A stretch of 64,000 nt of DNA. Source: Eledone cirrhosa. Taxonomy: Eukaryota. Shown here piece after piece: positions 28,395 through 41,467 of the stretch (the first letter of the stretch is position 1; every line of letters begins with the position of its first letter). The stretch spans positions 21,762,001-21,826,000 of the forward strand of contig OZ024761.1 in the NCBI GenBank assembly GCA_964016885.1, read 5' to 3'. The translations under genes and the position numbers were made by a program. The notes beneath the pieces were generated by a model. The model did no database searches. It was given only the letters and a program-made list of their open reading frames with translations, and was not told the DNA's origin.

Positions 28395-28895
28395 GCAGGA
28401 AATGTCCAGCTTAGTGTGCAGGAAAGGGGTAGCTTAGTGTGCAGGAAATGTCCAGCTTAGTGTGCAGGAAATGTCCAGCTTAGTGTGCAGGAAATGTCCA
28501 GCTTAGTGTGCAGGAAAGGGGTAGCTTAGTGTGCAGGAAATGTCCAGCTTAGTGTGCAGGAAAGGGGTAGCTTAGTGTGCAGGAAATGTCCAGCTTAGTG
28601 TGCAGGAAATGTCCAGCTTAGTGTGCAGGAAATGTCCAGCTTAGTGTGCAGGAAATGTCCAGCTTAGTGTGCAGGAAATGTCCAGCTTAGTGTGCAGGAA
28701 ATGTCCAGCTTAGTGTGCAGGAAAGGGGTAGCTTAGTGTGCAGGAAATGTCCAGCTTAGTGTGCAGGAAAGGGGTAGCTTAGTGTGCAGGAAAGGGGTAG
28801 CTTAGTGTGCAGGAAAGGGGTAGCTTAGTGTGCAGGAAAGGGGTAGCTTAGTGTGCAGGAAAGGGGTAGCTTAGTGTGCAGGAAAGGGGTAGCTA
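28395..28895. repeat. 23-bp minisatellite with two variants (GCTTAGTGTGCAGGAAA-TGTCCA/GGGGTA), about 21 copies
   Basis: Direct inspection. Confidence 0.93.
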
Positions 28896-29079
28896 CAGAT
28901 TCTATCCTATCTCCCAAATGCAAATAATATGAATATGGCTTTGTATTGTCTGAACACTTAGTCAAAAATACTCTATTAGTGTAAAATATAGAGAGAGAGA
29001 GAGTGAGAGAGAGGGGGGAGAGAGAGAGGGGAGAGATAGAGAGAGAGAGAGAGGAGAGAGAGAGGGGGGTATAACTCAC

Positions 29080-29147
29080 TCGTGGTCCAAGATATTGTTG
29101 ACATCATCATCTCTGAATTTCTGATCCTCCAGTATACTGTTTAGGTC
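29080..29147 (-). CDS. INPP5K: INPP5K exon 6 (DLNSILEDQKFRDDDVNNILDH-D)
   Basis: TTTACAG acceptor, GA|GTGAGT donor; ILDHD motif, phase 2 fits exon 7. Confidence 0.94.
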
Positions 29148-30117
29148 CTGTAAATATGACAGTGTGTATATATGTTGTTGTGTGTATATATGACAGTGTG
29201 TGTATATGTTGTGTGTAAATATGACAGTGTGTATATATGACAGTGTGTGTATATGTTGTGTGTAAATATGGTGCTGTGTGTATATATGACTGTGTATATA
29301 TGACAGTGTGTGTATATGTTGTTGTGTGTATATATGTTGCTGTGTGTATATGTTGTTGTGTGTATATATGACAGTGTGTGTATACGTTGTTGTGTGTATA
29401 TATGACTGTGTGTATATGTTGTTGTTCAAGGGAAAAGTAAAGACAGATGCAGCTTAGCACTAGTGCTAAGACACTATATATACATTATAGACACTATATA
29501 TACACTATATATACATTATAGACACTATATATATACACTATATACATTATAGACACTATATATACATTATAGACACTATATATACATTATATATACATTA
29601 TAGATATTATATATACATTATAGACACTATATATACATTATAGACACTATATATACATTATAGACACTATATATACATTATATATACATTATAGATATTA
29701 TATATACATTATAGACACTATATATACACTATATATACATTTTTTGTTTATATGTGTTTATTATATTACAAATGAAACATTATAGACACTATATATACAT
29801 TATAGACACTATATATACATTATAGACACTATATATACACTATATATACATTATATACACTATATACACATTATACGTTGTCGAAGGGAAGTGAAGTGGA
29901 AGAAGGTGAAATAAAGTGTCTTGCTCAAGAACACAACCTCACAGTTGTGAATCCGATACTAAAAAAAAAAACTGTTTGTTTTACAATGTTTATATTTATC
30001 TAAAAAAAAAAAAGTATCATAATTGTATGTAAGAACCTTTGTTAAGTTATGTTCCAAACACCTTTTGATACTAAACTTGTTGAACAGTTTACAAGGGAGA
30101 CAACTGTATAGACTTAC

Positions 30118-30225
30118 CATGATCCGTTCTGGCGTCTGGTCTCTGTGTGCAGCGAGATGAGAGTTAACAATGCACATGTTGATACCATTCACATCAAACC
30201 TTATACACACTCCTCCTTTGTTACC
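30118..30225 (-). CDS. INPP5K: INPP5K exon 5 (GNKGGVCIRFDVNGINMCIVNSHLAAHRDQTPERIM)
   Basis: TTACAG acceptor, GTAAGT donor; GNKGG and NSHL motifs. Confidence 0.96.
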
Positions 30226-30289
30226 CTGTAATGACAACAGTAACACATGTGTATATAATTATATATATTCTCGTGTAGCACCCAGCCAC

Positions 30290-30740
30290 CATCTGAGTGA
30301 GTCTCTTGGTCAGTGTCCAAGTCTCAGACCCGTGCAGCAGCACAGACTCCACTACAGCAACACACAGGTGGATCTTTCAGGCCTTTACGAAGGTCCGACT
30401 TCCGCACCGATCTCAAGCTCTGAACATTAATCAGTATACACTGACGATGAAGAACTCAGAGCTGTACGGGAGCCTCCCAAGAGTCAGCTCAAAAGTGACA
30501 CAGAGGAGATTGAGCTTAGCTGGACATGCTCACCGACATCCAGAGTTGACACTGCACTCAGTGCTCTTGTGGGAGCCCCTACATGGACACACTGGAAGAG
30601 GAAGACCAAGGTTAACATATGTTGATGCCCTAAGGACAGACACTGGTCTGTTGGAGACACAGGACATGGCAGTGATAATGAGGGACAGAGACCTCTGGAG
30701 AGGACACGTCCATGATGGATCTCGGGAATTTTACCCACCA
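30290..30740 (+). mobile_element. RTE-like LINE 3' fragment; closely related inverted copy at 52695-52987
   Basis: QRRLSLAGHAHRH...LLWEP...GRGRPRLTYVDAL..D...RDLWR C-terminal RTE motif. Confidence 0.82.
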
Positions 30741-30743
30741 TAG

Positions 30744-30815
<72 letters not shown>

Positions 30816-31419
30816 GTAATAAACAACATAAGACAATTAATCCATTTACCAAAGGTTTCACGAAGACAGACGAGCTCGACAGAGACATCTCTTTATTACA
30901 TAATTAAATAGCTCTGTAGCATAGACAGAGCATTCTCCTAAACTTTAACCTTCCTATGGAAACACTTCATATATATATATATATATCATCATCATCAACA
31001 CTGTTTTACGTCTGTTCTTCCACGCTAGCATGGGTTAGACTGGTTGTCCTGTTGTGGGCAGTGTCCAGTCAGCTGACCTTGTCTTGCTCATACAGGAACT
31101 GATTCTGGCTTGATTTCTACAGCCGGATGCACTTCCTAACACCAACCTCATTTACAGTGAGTGCTGGGTGCTTTTTTGCCGTGGCACCTCCACGTCCACT
31201 TTACAGTGGGAGGGTGTGGGGCATATTGTCTATATGCTTCAGCTTCGGCTATATCACAAATAACAAATCAGTCACTGAGGTGGTCACAGAATGTGTGACG
31301 AAAGAACTTTGACAATATATAAACAACCATCCGCTTATTAAACGAACATCAGGGGGAGGGGCTACATCACATTGACCTCAGGGGAGGAGCTACACAACAC
31401 AGGCTTCAGGGGTGGGGCT

Positions 31420-31995
31420 ACACAACAGTGACCTCAATTTAAGGGATACACAACAGTGACCTCAATTTAAGGGATACACAACAGTGACCTCAATTTAAGG
31501 GCTACACAACAGTGACCTCAATTTAAGGGCTACACAACATTGACCTCAATTTAAGGGCTACACAACAGTGACCTCAATTTAAGGGCTACACAACATTGAC
31601 CTCAATTTAAGGGCTACACAACATTGACCTCAATTTAAGGGCTACACAACAGTGACCTCAATTTAAGGGCTACACAACATTGACCTCAATTTAAGGGCTA
31701 CACAACAGTGACATCAATTTAAGGGCTACACAACAGTGACCTCAATTTAAGGGCTACACAACATTGACCTCAATTTAAGGGCTACACAACAGTGACATCA
31801 ATTTAAGGGCTACACAACAGTGACATCAATTTAAGGGCTACACAACAGTGACCTCAATTTAAGGGCTACACAACAGTGACCTCAATTTAAGGGCTACACA
31901 ACAGTGACCTCAATTTAAGGGATACACAACAGTGACATCAATTTAAGGGCTACACAACAGTGACCTCAATTTAAGGGCTACACAACATTGACCTC
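31420..31995. repeat. 28-bp minisatellite, about 20 copies
   Basis: CTACACAACAGTGACCTCAATTTAAGGG. Confidence 0.95.
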
Positions 31996-32070
31996 AGGGT
32001 AGGGGCTACAAATCCCAGGCCTGAGAGAGAGAGGGGAAGACAACACACCCCAAAAGAAATGTCCACTTAC

Positions 32071-32187
32071 CCACCAGCCCCCAAATCCAGTCTTTGTCTT
32101 TTCAGATTCAACGCCATTAATGGATGTGAAAATATTCTGTCGACAGAAAGCAAGTTCCAACATTCCCGAGAGACGGACATCTTTGAA
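32071..32187 (-). CDS. INPP5K: INPP5K exon 4 (FKDVRLSGMLELAFCRQNIFTSINGVESEKTKTGFGGWW)
   Basis: TATTTCAG acceptor, GTAAGT donor; TGxxGxW motif preceding GNKGG. Confidence 0.95.
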
Positions 32188-32197
32188 CTGAAATAGA

Positions 32198-32511
32198 TAT
32201 GTTTCTTTATTAGCCACAGGGGCACAAAAGAAGGGGACAAATACAAAGGGGGAAGTTTACATACAATAAAAACGTGTAAAATATCATCACAAATGTAATT
32301 TAAAAAGTTAGTCGATTTTCCCCAATAGGGGGAGACATTTCATATGGATAACACATACCCCCGAAAAAATGTGCAACCCTCATCTCCAGGAGTACGAAGA
32401 GTTTGTACTCCTTTCCTCTCTTCCTCTTTTTCCTTAACATACAGGCTGATATAGAGAGAAGGCCCATTCACTCGGGCCATTCTCGCCACTTTCACCCACC
32501 TTTCATAAAAC
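32198..32511 (-). mobile_element. 5'-truncated non-LTR retrotransposon (Tx1/L1-like 3' end) flanked by a 14-bp TSD
   Basis: TGAACTGAAATAGA at 32184-32197 and 32512-32525; ORF remnant FYERWVKVARMARVNG; 3' end GCTAATAAAGAAACATA. Confidence 0.72.
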
Positions 32512-32520
32512 TGAACTGAA

Positions 32521-32552
32521 ATAGAGAGAGAGAGAGAGAGAGAGAGGTAGAC

Positions 32553-32608
<56 letters not shown>

Positions 32609-32634
32609 AGAGAGAGAGAGAGGTAGACAGAGGG

Positions 32635-32672
<38 letters not shown>

Positions 32673-32692
32673 GTAGACAGACAGATAGAGGG

Positions 32693-32729
<37 letters not shown>

Positions 32730-32752
32730 CAGAGAGGGAGGTAGACAGAGGG

Positions 32753-32801
<49 letters not shown>

Positions 32802-32816
32802 CAGACAGATAGAGGG

Positions 32817-32860
<44 letters not shown>

Positions 32861-32936
32861 AGACAGGTAGACAGATAGATAGAGGGATATATATATATAT
32901 ATAGAGAGAGAGAGAGTGAGAGAGACAGATAGAGGG

Positions 32937-32979
<43 letters not shown>

Positions 32980-33006
32980 TAGACAGGTAGACAGATAGAT
33001 AGAGGG

Positions 33007-33038
<32 letters not shown>

Positions 33039-33058
33039 TGAGAGAGACAGATAGAGGG

Positions 33059-33090
<32 letters not shown>

Positions 33091-33106
33091 TGAGAGAGAC
33101 AGATAG

Positions 33107-33154
<48 letters not shown>

Positions 33155-33174
33155 TGAGAGAGACAGATAGAGGG

Positions 33175-33208
<34 letters not shown>

Positions 33209-33228
33209 TGAGAGAGACAGATAGAGGG

Positions 33229-33262
<34 letters not shown>

Positions 33263-33278
33263 CGAGAGAGACAGATAG

Positions 33279-33367
<89 letters not shown>

Positions 33368-33400
33368 TGATATAAGATATAGAAGATAGAGAGAGAGAGA
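32521..33400. repeat. (TA)n/(GA)n compound microsatellite array
   Basis: Direct inspection. Confidence 0.95.
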
Positions 33401-33914
33401 GGAAGAAAGAGATAAGATATGAACACACACTCTCAGCCCTACCCCTCTCTCTTCCACTACCCCCCCCCCCCCCCCATAAAAAAACACTTGGTGCACTTCA
33501 TCATCATCATCATCGTCATTATCAGTCATACCCATCACCTTCAACAACAACAACAACACTATTAATTACACTTTATTCAGTGGATTCATATCTGTTTGAA
33601 GTGTTGTCATACCATATATGGTTAGGGTAGGGGAGCAGTTGGTGGTGTGGGAGTTGGGGGGTGGGGGGTGACAGTGGTGGTGGTGGTGTTGTTGTTGTTG
33701 GTGGTGAAAGTGGTGGTGGTGGTGTTGGTGGTGGTGGTGGTGGTGGTAGTAATGGTGGTGGTGGTGGTGGTGGTAGTAATGGTGGTGGTGGTGACAGTGG
33801 AGGTGGTGGTGGTGATGAGTATGTCATGATTAATTTACAGATGGTGGCAATAGTGTTGTTAATAATGATGATGATGATGATGGTGGAGGTAATAAAAGGC
33901 AGTGGTGGTTTTAC

Positions 33915-34363
33915 TGCAAAGTTCTGAGTCGTTCGAAGGAGAAGATTCAGTGAAAGCAACCAGATCTGTGACACACGAAGAACAGGAATCTCCACGATGA
34001 CAAAGTACCCTGTCACAGAGCACTCAGCACTCATTATCTGTGAGTTTCTAACCAACAACAACACTCCATCACCTCCACACCTGCCTAAGACGCCAGATCT
34101 AGCTCCTGTGGACTTCTTCCTTTTACTGAAGATGGAAATCAAGAGAAAATCAAGTTGTCGATATCTAACACAAATCTCAGAGGTTCTAACTAAGCTTACA
34201 AAAGATAACTTCGAGGCTGCATTCCAGGTTCCAGGAGTGGCACAATTGTTGGGATGAGTGCATTGCTGCACAAGGGGACTATTTCGAAGGAGGAGATGGT
34301 GTTTAAACTTATGTAAATAAAGTTCTTTCTTAAAGTCAGGAAACTTTTTGACTTACCCTCGTA
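33915..34363 (+). mobile_element. Degenerate mariner transposase 3' fragment with terminal repeat
   Basis: PPHLPKTPDLAPVDFFL resembles the YSPDLAPxDF motif; ends AACTTTTTGACTTACCCTCG-TA. Confidence 0.8.
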
Positions 34364-34366
34364 TAT

Positions 34367-34700
34367 ATCATCATCATTTTACGTCTGCTTTTCCCTGCTT
34401 GCAAGGGTGGGATGGGAACTGATTCTGGCTTGATTTCTACAGCTGGATGCCCTTCCTAACACCAACCTCATTTACAGTGAGTGCTGGCTGCTTTTTTGCC
34501 GTGGCCCCTCCACGACCACTTTACAGTGGAATGATAGGGACCCCAGTCCCTATCATCTCATTTCTACAGCTGAATAAACTGGAGCAATGTGAAATAAAGT
34601 GTCTTGCTCAAGGAAACAACACATCACCCGGTCTGAGAATTGAACTCACAACCTTTCGATTGCAAGGCCAATGCTCTAACCACTAAGCCATGTGCCTCCA
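34367..34700 (-). mobile_element. SINE family A, full-length copy
   Basis: Near identical to 8857-9202. Confidence 0.9.
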
Positions 34701-34854
34701 TCGTTCGATATATATATAAGTAGTTCCACAACAGTTAATACACCATTTCCGAGAGCAAATTGTTCTTGGAAATGGTGTATTAACTGTTATGGAACTACTT
34801 CTACTAAACTTGTCCCTTTTGCTATACTACTACGGATATAACCCTCCACTGTTC

Positions 34855-34924
<70 letters not shown>

Positions 34925-35213
34925 ATAATAATAAATGTGAAGACTAAAATCCAAAGAGGGCTCGATAAGGATTAATATATATCAAATACATAAGAACCCT
35001 AGAGCAAATATTTATTAAAATAACAGATTAAAGTTTAATCCAAGAATCGCTGCTTTCACCCTTAACGGGATCTTCTGAAACTAAAAAAAAATCAATCTGT
35101 GAACTCAGAAGTAAATATTTCGAAAATTGTTACAACCAAAGGAAAACAGGAAGATGTATATATACACACACACACACACATATATATATATGAAAGAGAA
35201 GAAGGCCACTTAC

Positions 35214-35307
35214 TCTGATGTACCCTTTAGGACATATTGTATTGGTCAAGATCTCTGTCCAGGGATTGTCTATGGAGCTGAGATCTGATGTGCTCACTTC
35301 TTGTAAC
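35214..35307 (-). CDS. INPP5K: INPP5K exon 3 (LQEVSTSDLSSIDNPWTEILTNTICPKGYIR)
   Basis: CCCCAG acceptor, GTAAGT donor; completes the GLQE metal-binding motif. Confidence 0.95.
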
Positions 35308-35365
35308 CTGGGGAAAGAATGGTGTATAGAATAAATATAGGTAGAAATATGGGGTAGATAGTGTA

Positions 35366-35404
<39 letters not shown>

Positions 35405-35895
35405 CAAAAGGGATATTTAATTTGTTGGTAATTCAACAATTATAAATGACTATCCAGGAAAGACTTGAACCGTTAAGTTCTTCTTCCTGGTTATGTCACT
35501 ATTTATAAAACAAACTTTGTATTTTATCTGATGAGGGCGTACCAAAGTTTTATATATATATATATATAGTTATGTAATAAACAACATAAGGCAATTATTT
35601 CATGGTTTCTTAAAAGCAAACAAATTTTGCTTTCAATCATCAGAATGAAAAAATCCTGGTGTATTTATATATGTATATATATATAGAGAGAGAGAATGTA
35701 GTATATATACATATATATATATATATATAGTGTAGTATATATAGTGTAGTATATATATATATATATATAGTGTAGTATATATAGTGTAGTATATATACAT
35801 ATATATATAGTGTAGTAGTATATATAGTGTAGTATATATACATATATATATATATAGTGTAGTAGTATATATAGTGTAGTAGTATATATAGTTAC

Positions 35896-36000
35896 CCAAT
35901 GATGTATATATCTGGACGTAGGTCTGTATCAAGTGCCAGCAAGGATGTGAGGTCATCAGGTGGAGGTTTGGTACCCACGTTCCACGTACACAGGTAAATT
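35896..36000 (-). CDS. INPP5K: INPP5K exon 2 (IYLCTWNVGTKPPPDDLTSLLALDTDLRPDIYIIG)
   Basis: TTTTTCCAG acceptor, GG|GTAACT donor, TWNV and DIYIIG motifs. Confidence 0.95.
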
Positions 36001-36032
36001 CTGGAAAAACAACAGAGACATCATCATCATCA

Positions 36033-36071
<39 letters not shown>

Positions 36072-37123
36072 TGGCGGTGGTGATGGTGGTGGTGTTGGTG
36101 GTGGTGGTGTTGGTGGTGGTGGTATTGGTGGTGGTGGTGGTGGTGGTGGTGATGGTGGCGGAGGTGGTATTGGTGGTGGTGGTGGTGGTGGTGGTGGTGG
36201 TGGTGGTGGCGGTATTGGTGGTGGTGGTGGTGGTGGTGGTGGTGTTGGTGGTGGTGGTATTGGTGGTGGTGGTGGTGGTGGTGGTGGTGATGGTGGCGGA
36301 GGTGGTATTGGTGGTGGTGGTGGTGGTGGTGGTGGTGGTGGCGGTATTGGTGGTGGTGGTGGTGGTGATGGTGGCGGTGGTGGTAGTGTTGTGATACCCA
36401 GGTACACCTAGAAGGACCCAGGTACACCTAAACTAGACCCTGTGTGGGATTTGAACTGAGAACGTAAAGGGCCGTAAGTGTAGGCCAACAAAACAAGGTG
36501 TAACAATAGCAATGATGATGATGATGGTGATGATGGTGGTGGAGTTAATACTGTTGTTGTTGTTGTTGTTGTTGTGTAGCTTAAGTTAACTATGACTAAC
36601 GAAGATTATAATTAAAAATAATCCCATTCCAACTATGACAAACGTTGTCTCATTTTCTGTCATAGTATATCTAGGACTACATTCTGCAATGTGTTCCTAC
36701 CTGTTTAAGAGAAGAGAGGTGAGGTTTTCACTCTGGCATCCTGGAATGATTCAACTGAAAATATCTAAAAATAAGTTTGTTTACTCAAATGTTTGTATCT
36801 TTAATGGTGGACAGATTGTTGCTGAAGTTTAGAGGATGTTGATATGTACACACACACACACACGTGAGCAAACACACATATACACACACATACACACACA
36901 TACACCCACACACACAAATCATCATCGTTTAACATCTATCTTCCACTCTAGCATGGGTTAGACGGGAGTTGTCCCACTTGAGACAAGATTGGTCGGGTGA
37001 CCATGTCTCGCTCATATAGGACTGTCTGGCAGGTTTTCTACGGCTGGATGCCCTTCCTAACACCAACCACATTTACAGTGTGGAACTGGGAACTTTTTAC
37101 CGTGTTTATATATATATACACAC

Positions 37124-37169
<46 letters not shown>

Positions 37170-37264
37170 GCTTTCAGCGTATTTTTTTACTAAAGAAATT
37201 TTAGTCTGATAATGGGGTTTAGAACCCTCAGATAAATGGAAAAAGATGTGTATTGATGTATGTC

Positions 37265-37298
<34 letters not shown>

Positions 37299-37849
37299 TC
37301 AGTATGAAAGTGGAGAGTGGAGGGGGTGTCTGTGTTTCTATGGTGACAATTATGGAGTTTCTCACAATTTATTTCCAATCAATATGTTTGTGGTCGATTG
37401 ATCTGGAGTGGGTCTACTGTTGAGTGTATATATAGAGAGAGGGACAGAGAGAGAAAGACAAAGATATGGAGGGTATGTAAAGAATACAGGGGGTGGAGTG
37501 TAGTAGGGTGTTATATATGACAGGCTTTTGAACAGTTTCTGCCTACCAATTTTACTTAGACCAAAGCTAAAGAAAACACCAGCCTCACAGTAGGATAGAT
37601 CTCTCTATCTCTCTATACACACATATAGATACATATATACATATATACACATATATACATATATATACATATATACATATAAACATATATATATGTATAT
37701 ATATGTTTATATGTGTGTATATGTATATGTGTGTATATATCATCATCATCATCGTTTAATGTCCAACTTCCATGCTAGCATGGTATGTATATATATATAT
37801 ACACACACATACTAACGCACACACTCGCTCACACATACACACACACTCG

Positions 37850-37905
<56 letters not shown>

Positions 37906-38741
37906 CATACTCATACACATATTAACATGCACACCCACACACACACATACTAACATACACACACACTCGCACACATGCACACACACACACATACTAACAT
38001 ACACACACCCGCACACATGCACACAGACACACATACTAACATACACACACACACACACACACAAACACACCCACACATACCAAGGTGTGTGTGTGGGGGG
38101 CGGGGGTTATATAAGAAGAACAACAATATAACACAATGCCAATATTAATGTCATGGCAACAAGTAGAGGACTGTGTTACCTTGGCAACGGTGTATATTAT
38201 ATAATATTGTGTAGAGGGGGGGGGGGTCTGTTGAAATGACTGTGGTTAAGGATGTGTGTATAATGAGGTGTATATAAGGATGTGTGTATAATGATGTGTG
38301 TGATGGTGGTGTTGTGGTGGGGACATGACAATGGTGGTGGTGGTGATGGTGGTGGTGGTGTGGTGGGGACATGACAATGGTGGTGGTGGTGATGGTGGTG
38401 GTGGTGTGGTGGGGACATGACAATGGTGGTGGTGGTGATGGTGGTGGTGGTGTGGTGGGGACATGACAATGGTGGTGGTGGTGATGGTGGTGGTGGTGTG
38501 GTGGGGACATGACAATGGTGGTGGTGGTGATGGTGGTGGTGGTGGTGGTGATGGTGGTGGTGATGGTGGTGGTGGTGGTGGTGATGGTGGTGGTGATACA
38601 GTGAAAATGAAGTAAAATGTGATACTGAAATTCCACCTCTATTTTAAGGTGTGGTTACAGTGTGTGGTGTGTATATATATATATATACGGATTGGACACT
38701 ACCGTAAACTCTTGGTAGATTTATCTACATATATATATATG

Positions 38742-38786
<45 letters not shown>

Positions 38787-38790
38787 GTAT

Positions 38791-39121
38791 ATCATCATCA
38801 TCATTTTACGTCTGCTTTTCCCTGCTTGCAAGGGTGGGACGGGAACTGATTCTGGCTTGATTACAACAGCTGGATGCCATTCCTAACACCAACCTCATTT
38901 ACAGTGAGTGCTGGGTGCTTTTTTTGCCGTTGCACCTCCACGACCACTTTGCAGTGGAATGATAGGGACCCCAGTCCTATCATCTCATTTCTACAGCTGA
39001 GTAAACTGGAGCAATGTGAAATAAAGTGTCTTGCTCAAGGAAACAACACATCACCCGGTCTGAGAATTGAACTAACCTTTCGATTGCAAAGCCAATGCTC
39101 TAACCACTAAGCCATGTGCCT

Positions 39122-39124
<3 letters not shown>
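38791..39124 (-). mobile_element. SINE family A, full-length copy
   Basis: Near identical to 8857-9202. Confidence 0.9.
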
Positions 39125-39214
<90 letters not shown>

Positions 39215-39217
<3 letters not shown>

Positions 39218-39565
39218 TGTTGGATAAATCTATATCCTGATTCTTTTTGAATTGAGTTTGAATTATTTTTCCCACACCTTACGTTAACTATTTTCCCATT
39301 TTGACGCTATAGTCACTTATATATTATGGAATACTGTTGGCTTCTTGCTGCAATACTTTCTATACTTTTCATATATATATATACATAAATATATTTATGT
39401 ATATATATATATGAAAAGTATAGAAAGTATTGTAGCAAGAAGCCAACAGTATTCCATAATATATAAGTGACTATAGCGTCAAAATGGGAAAATAGTTAAC
39501 GTAAGGTGTGGGAAAAATAATTCAAACTCAATTCAAAAAGAATCAGGATATAGATTTATCCAACA

Positions 39566-39568
<3 letters not shown>
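39215..39568. repeat. Near-perfect palindrome, 177-bp arms, no loop, one mismatch
   Basis: Symmetric about 39391/39392; single mismatch 39350/39433; flanked by (TA)n. Confidence 0.93.
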
Positions 39569-39608
<40 letters not shown>

Positions 39609-39761
39609 TATCTACTTAGGTATATACATGTTTGTGTGTATAGAAGTATGTTGTATTTATATAATTGTATATAGTTCTATATATACACATATATATGTGT
39701 ATATAGGTATATATGTATACATATATATATATACGTTAAACGATGATGATGATGATGATGA

Positions 39762-39807
<46 letters not shown>

Positions 39808-40632
39808 GTGTGTGTGTATATACATTTATATATATATATATACATAATCTACTATAGTTACACAAACATTAGGGTGACAGGTGTTTTTTTTTTTCTTTTT
39901 TATTGGTTGACAGTGAACCCGCTGTTAGCCCCTGTTAAGGAAATGCCAAGGCTACAAACTAAGATCTACAGTGCTGATAAAAATTAATGTCAGGCAGAGA
40001 TATTTTGTCATTGACATTAAACTGTGTTGAGGTAATATTTCTGGCATCATCACATATCTACATCTCATCGCAACATTTTCACAGGAAAGAGGATGAGTAT
40101 AAATGACAAGGCATGGATGAAATGACAGAAAACCTGGCTATAAGGGCAAGGAAGTGTAGTATATATAAATTGGGTCACACTAGAAAACAATCTATAAAAT
40201 TTGGGTCATTTAAGAGAATGCAGCTCTTTGTGTGGTGGGTTAACCGGGTGTTTGTAAAACACTGCCTTGGTAGGGTGTTGACCTCCCAATCATTATTTTG
40301 TGGACTCATGCAGTGTGTTGCATTCTTGAGTAAGATACATCCTTTATATTGTTTTACATGATACAACTGTGGCCCCTATTATTAAAACACCCAAGAAACC
40401 TCCTATCAATTACAACAATGTAGGATGTCAGCTAAACCAACATAGCTGTGAACTGTAACAACATACACAGGGTCCCCTATCATGAAAACACCCAAGAAAA
40501 CTTTCTGATACAACCTTGTAGGAGACGAGTTAAACCTAAATCTGTTTCGATGGATACTGTAAAAACAACATACTGGAAAAGACTGCAGGCATGAAAAAAC
40601 AGACATAAACATGATGCTGATGATATATATAT

Positions 40633-40917
40633 ATTCTCAGACCGGGTGATGTGTTGTTTCCTTGAGCAAGACACTTTAGTTCACATTGCTCCAGTTTACT
40701 CAGCTGTAGAAATGAGAAGATAGGGACTGGGGTCCCTATCATTCCACTGTAATGTGGTTGTGGAGGTGCCACGGCAAAAGAGCACCCAGCACTCACTGTA
40801 AATGAGGTTGGTGTTAGGAAGGGCATCCAGCTGTAGACATCAAGCCAGAATCAGTTCCCGTCCCACCCTTGCAAGCAGAGAGAAGCGGACGTAAAATGAT
40901 GATGATGATGATGATGA
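40633..40917 (+). mobile_element. SINE family A, 5'-truncated copy in opposite orientation
   Basis: Reverse complement of 38791-39070, with (ATG)n tail. Confidence 0.88.
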
Positions 40918-41103
40918 TATCTATATATAACAAAGAAGGTGTGGTAAGATACCAGGCGGACCATAATGCACCAGAGTACTCAATACTTAGGGTAATAGGA
41001 AAAGTGTCAGGACCCCGACAGCTGAGCTCTGGCCATTTAGACGCAGTTCAGATCTAGCTGTCCTAACGGCCGGAATTCAGCCATCGAGGTCCTGACACTT
41101 TTC

Positions 41104-41134
<31 letters not shown>

Positions 41135-41467
41135 ACGAAGGTGTGGTAAGGAACCAAATGGACCATAACGCACCAGAGTACTCAATACTTAGGGTAGTAG
41201 AGTGGGAAATAGGAAAAAGCCATTGAAACGGCTTGAGCTCTGCCGTCGGGGTCATACTTTTTCCTATCTATATATATATATTGGGGAAGATTCAAGAATG
41301 AGGATGATGATGATGATGTGTATATGTGTGTATTTCTGTCTGCGTTCAAGTTCATCATGTATGTGTGAGTGGGTGTTTATGTTTAGAAGTGCAGCCCTGG
41401 TCAAGCATTGTAAAAGTTCACTTTACACGACATAAAGTCCCAGGTTCAATCCCACTGTGTGACATCT

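Noticed and set aside
39905-39970. Possible extra INPP5K exon in intron 1 (ILVCSLGISLTG...)
   Set aside because: Runs into a stop without a good donor; exon 1 joins exon 2 in frame without it.
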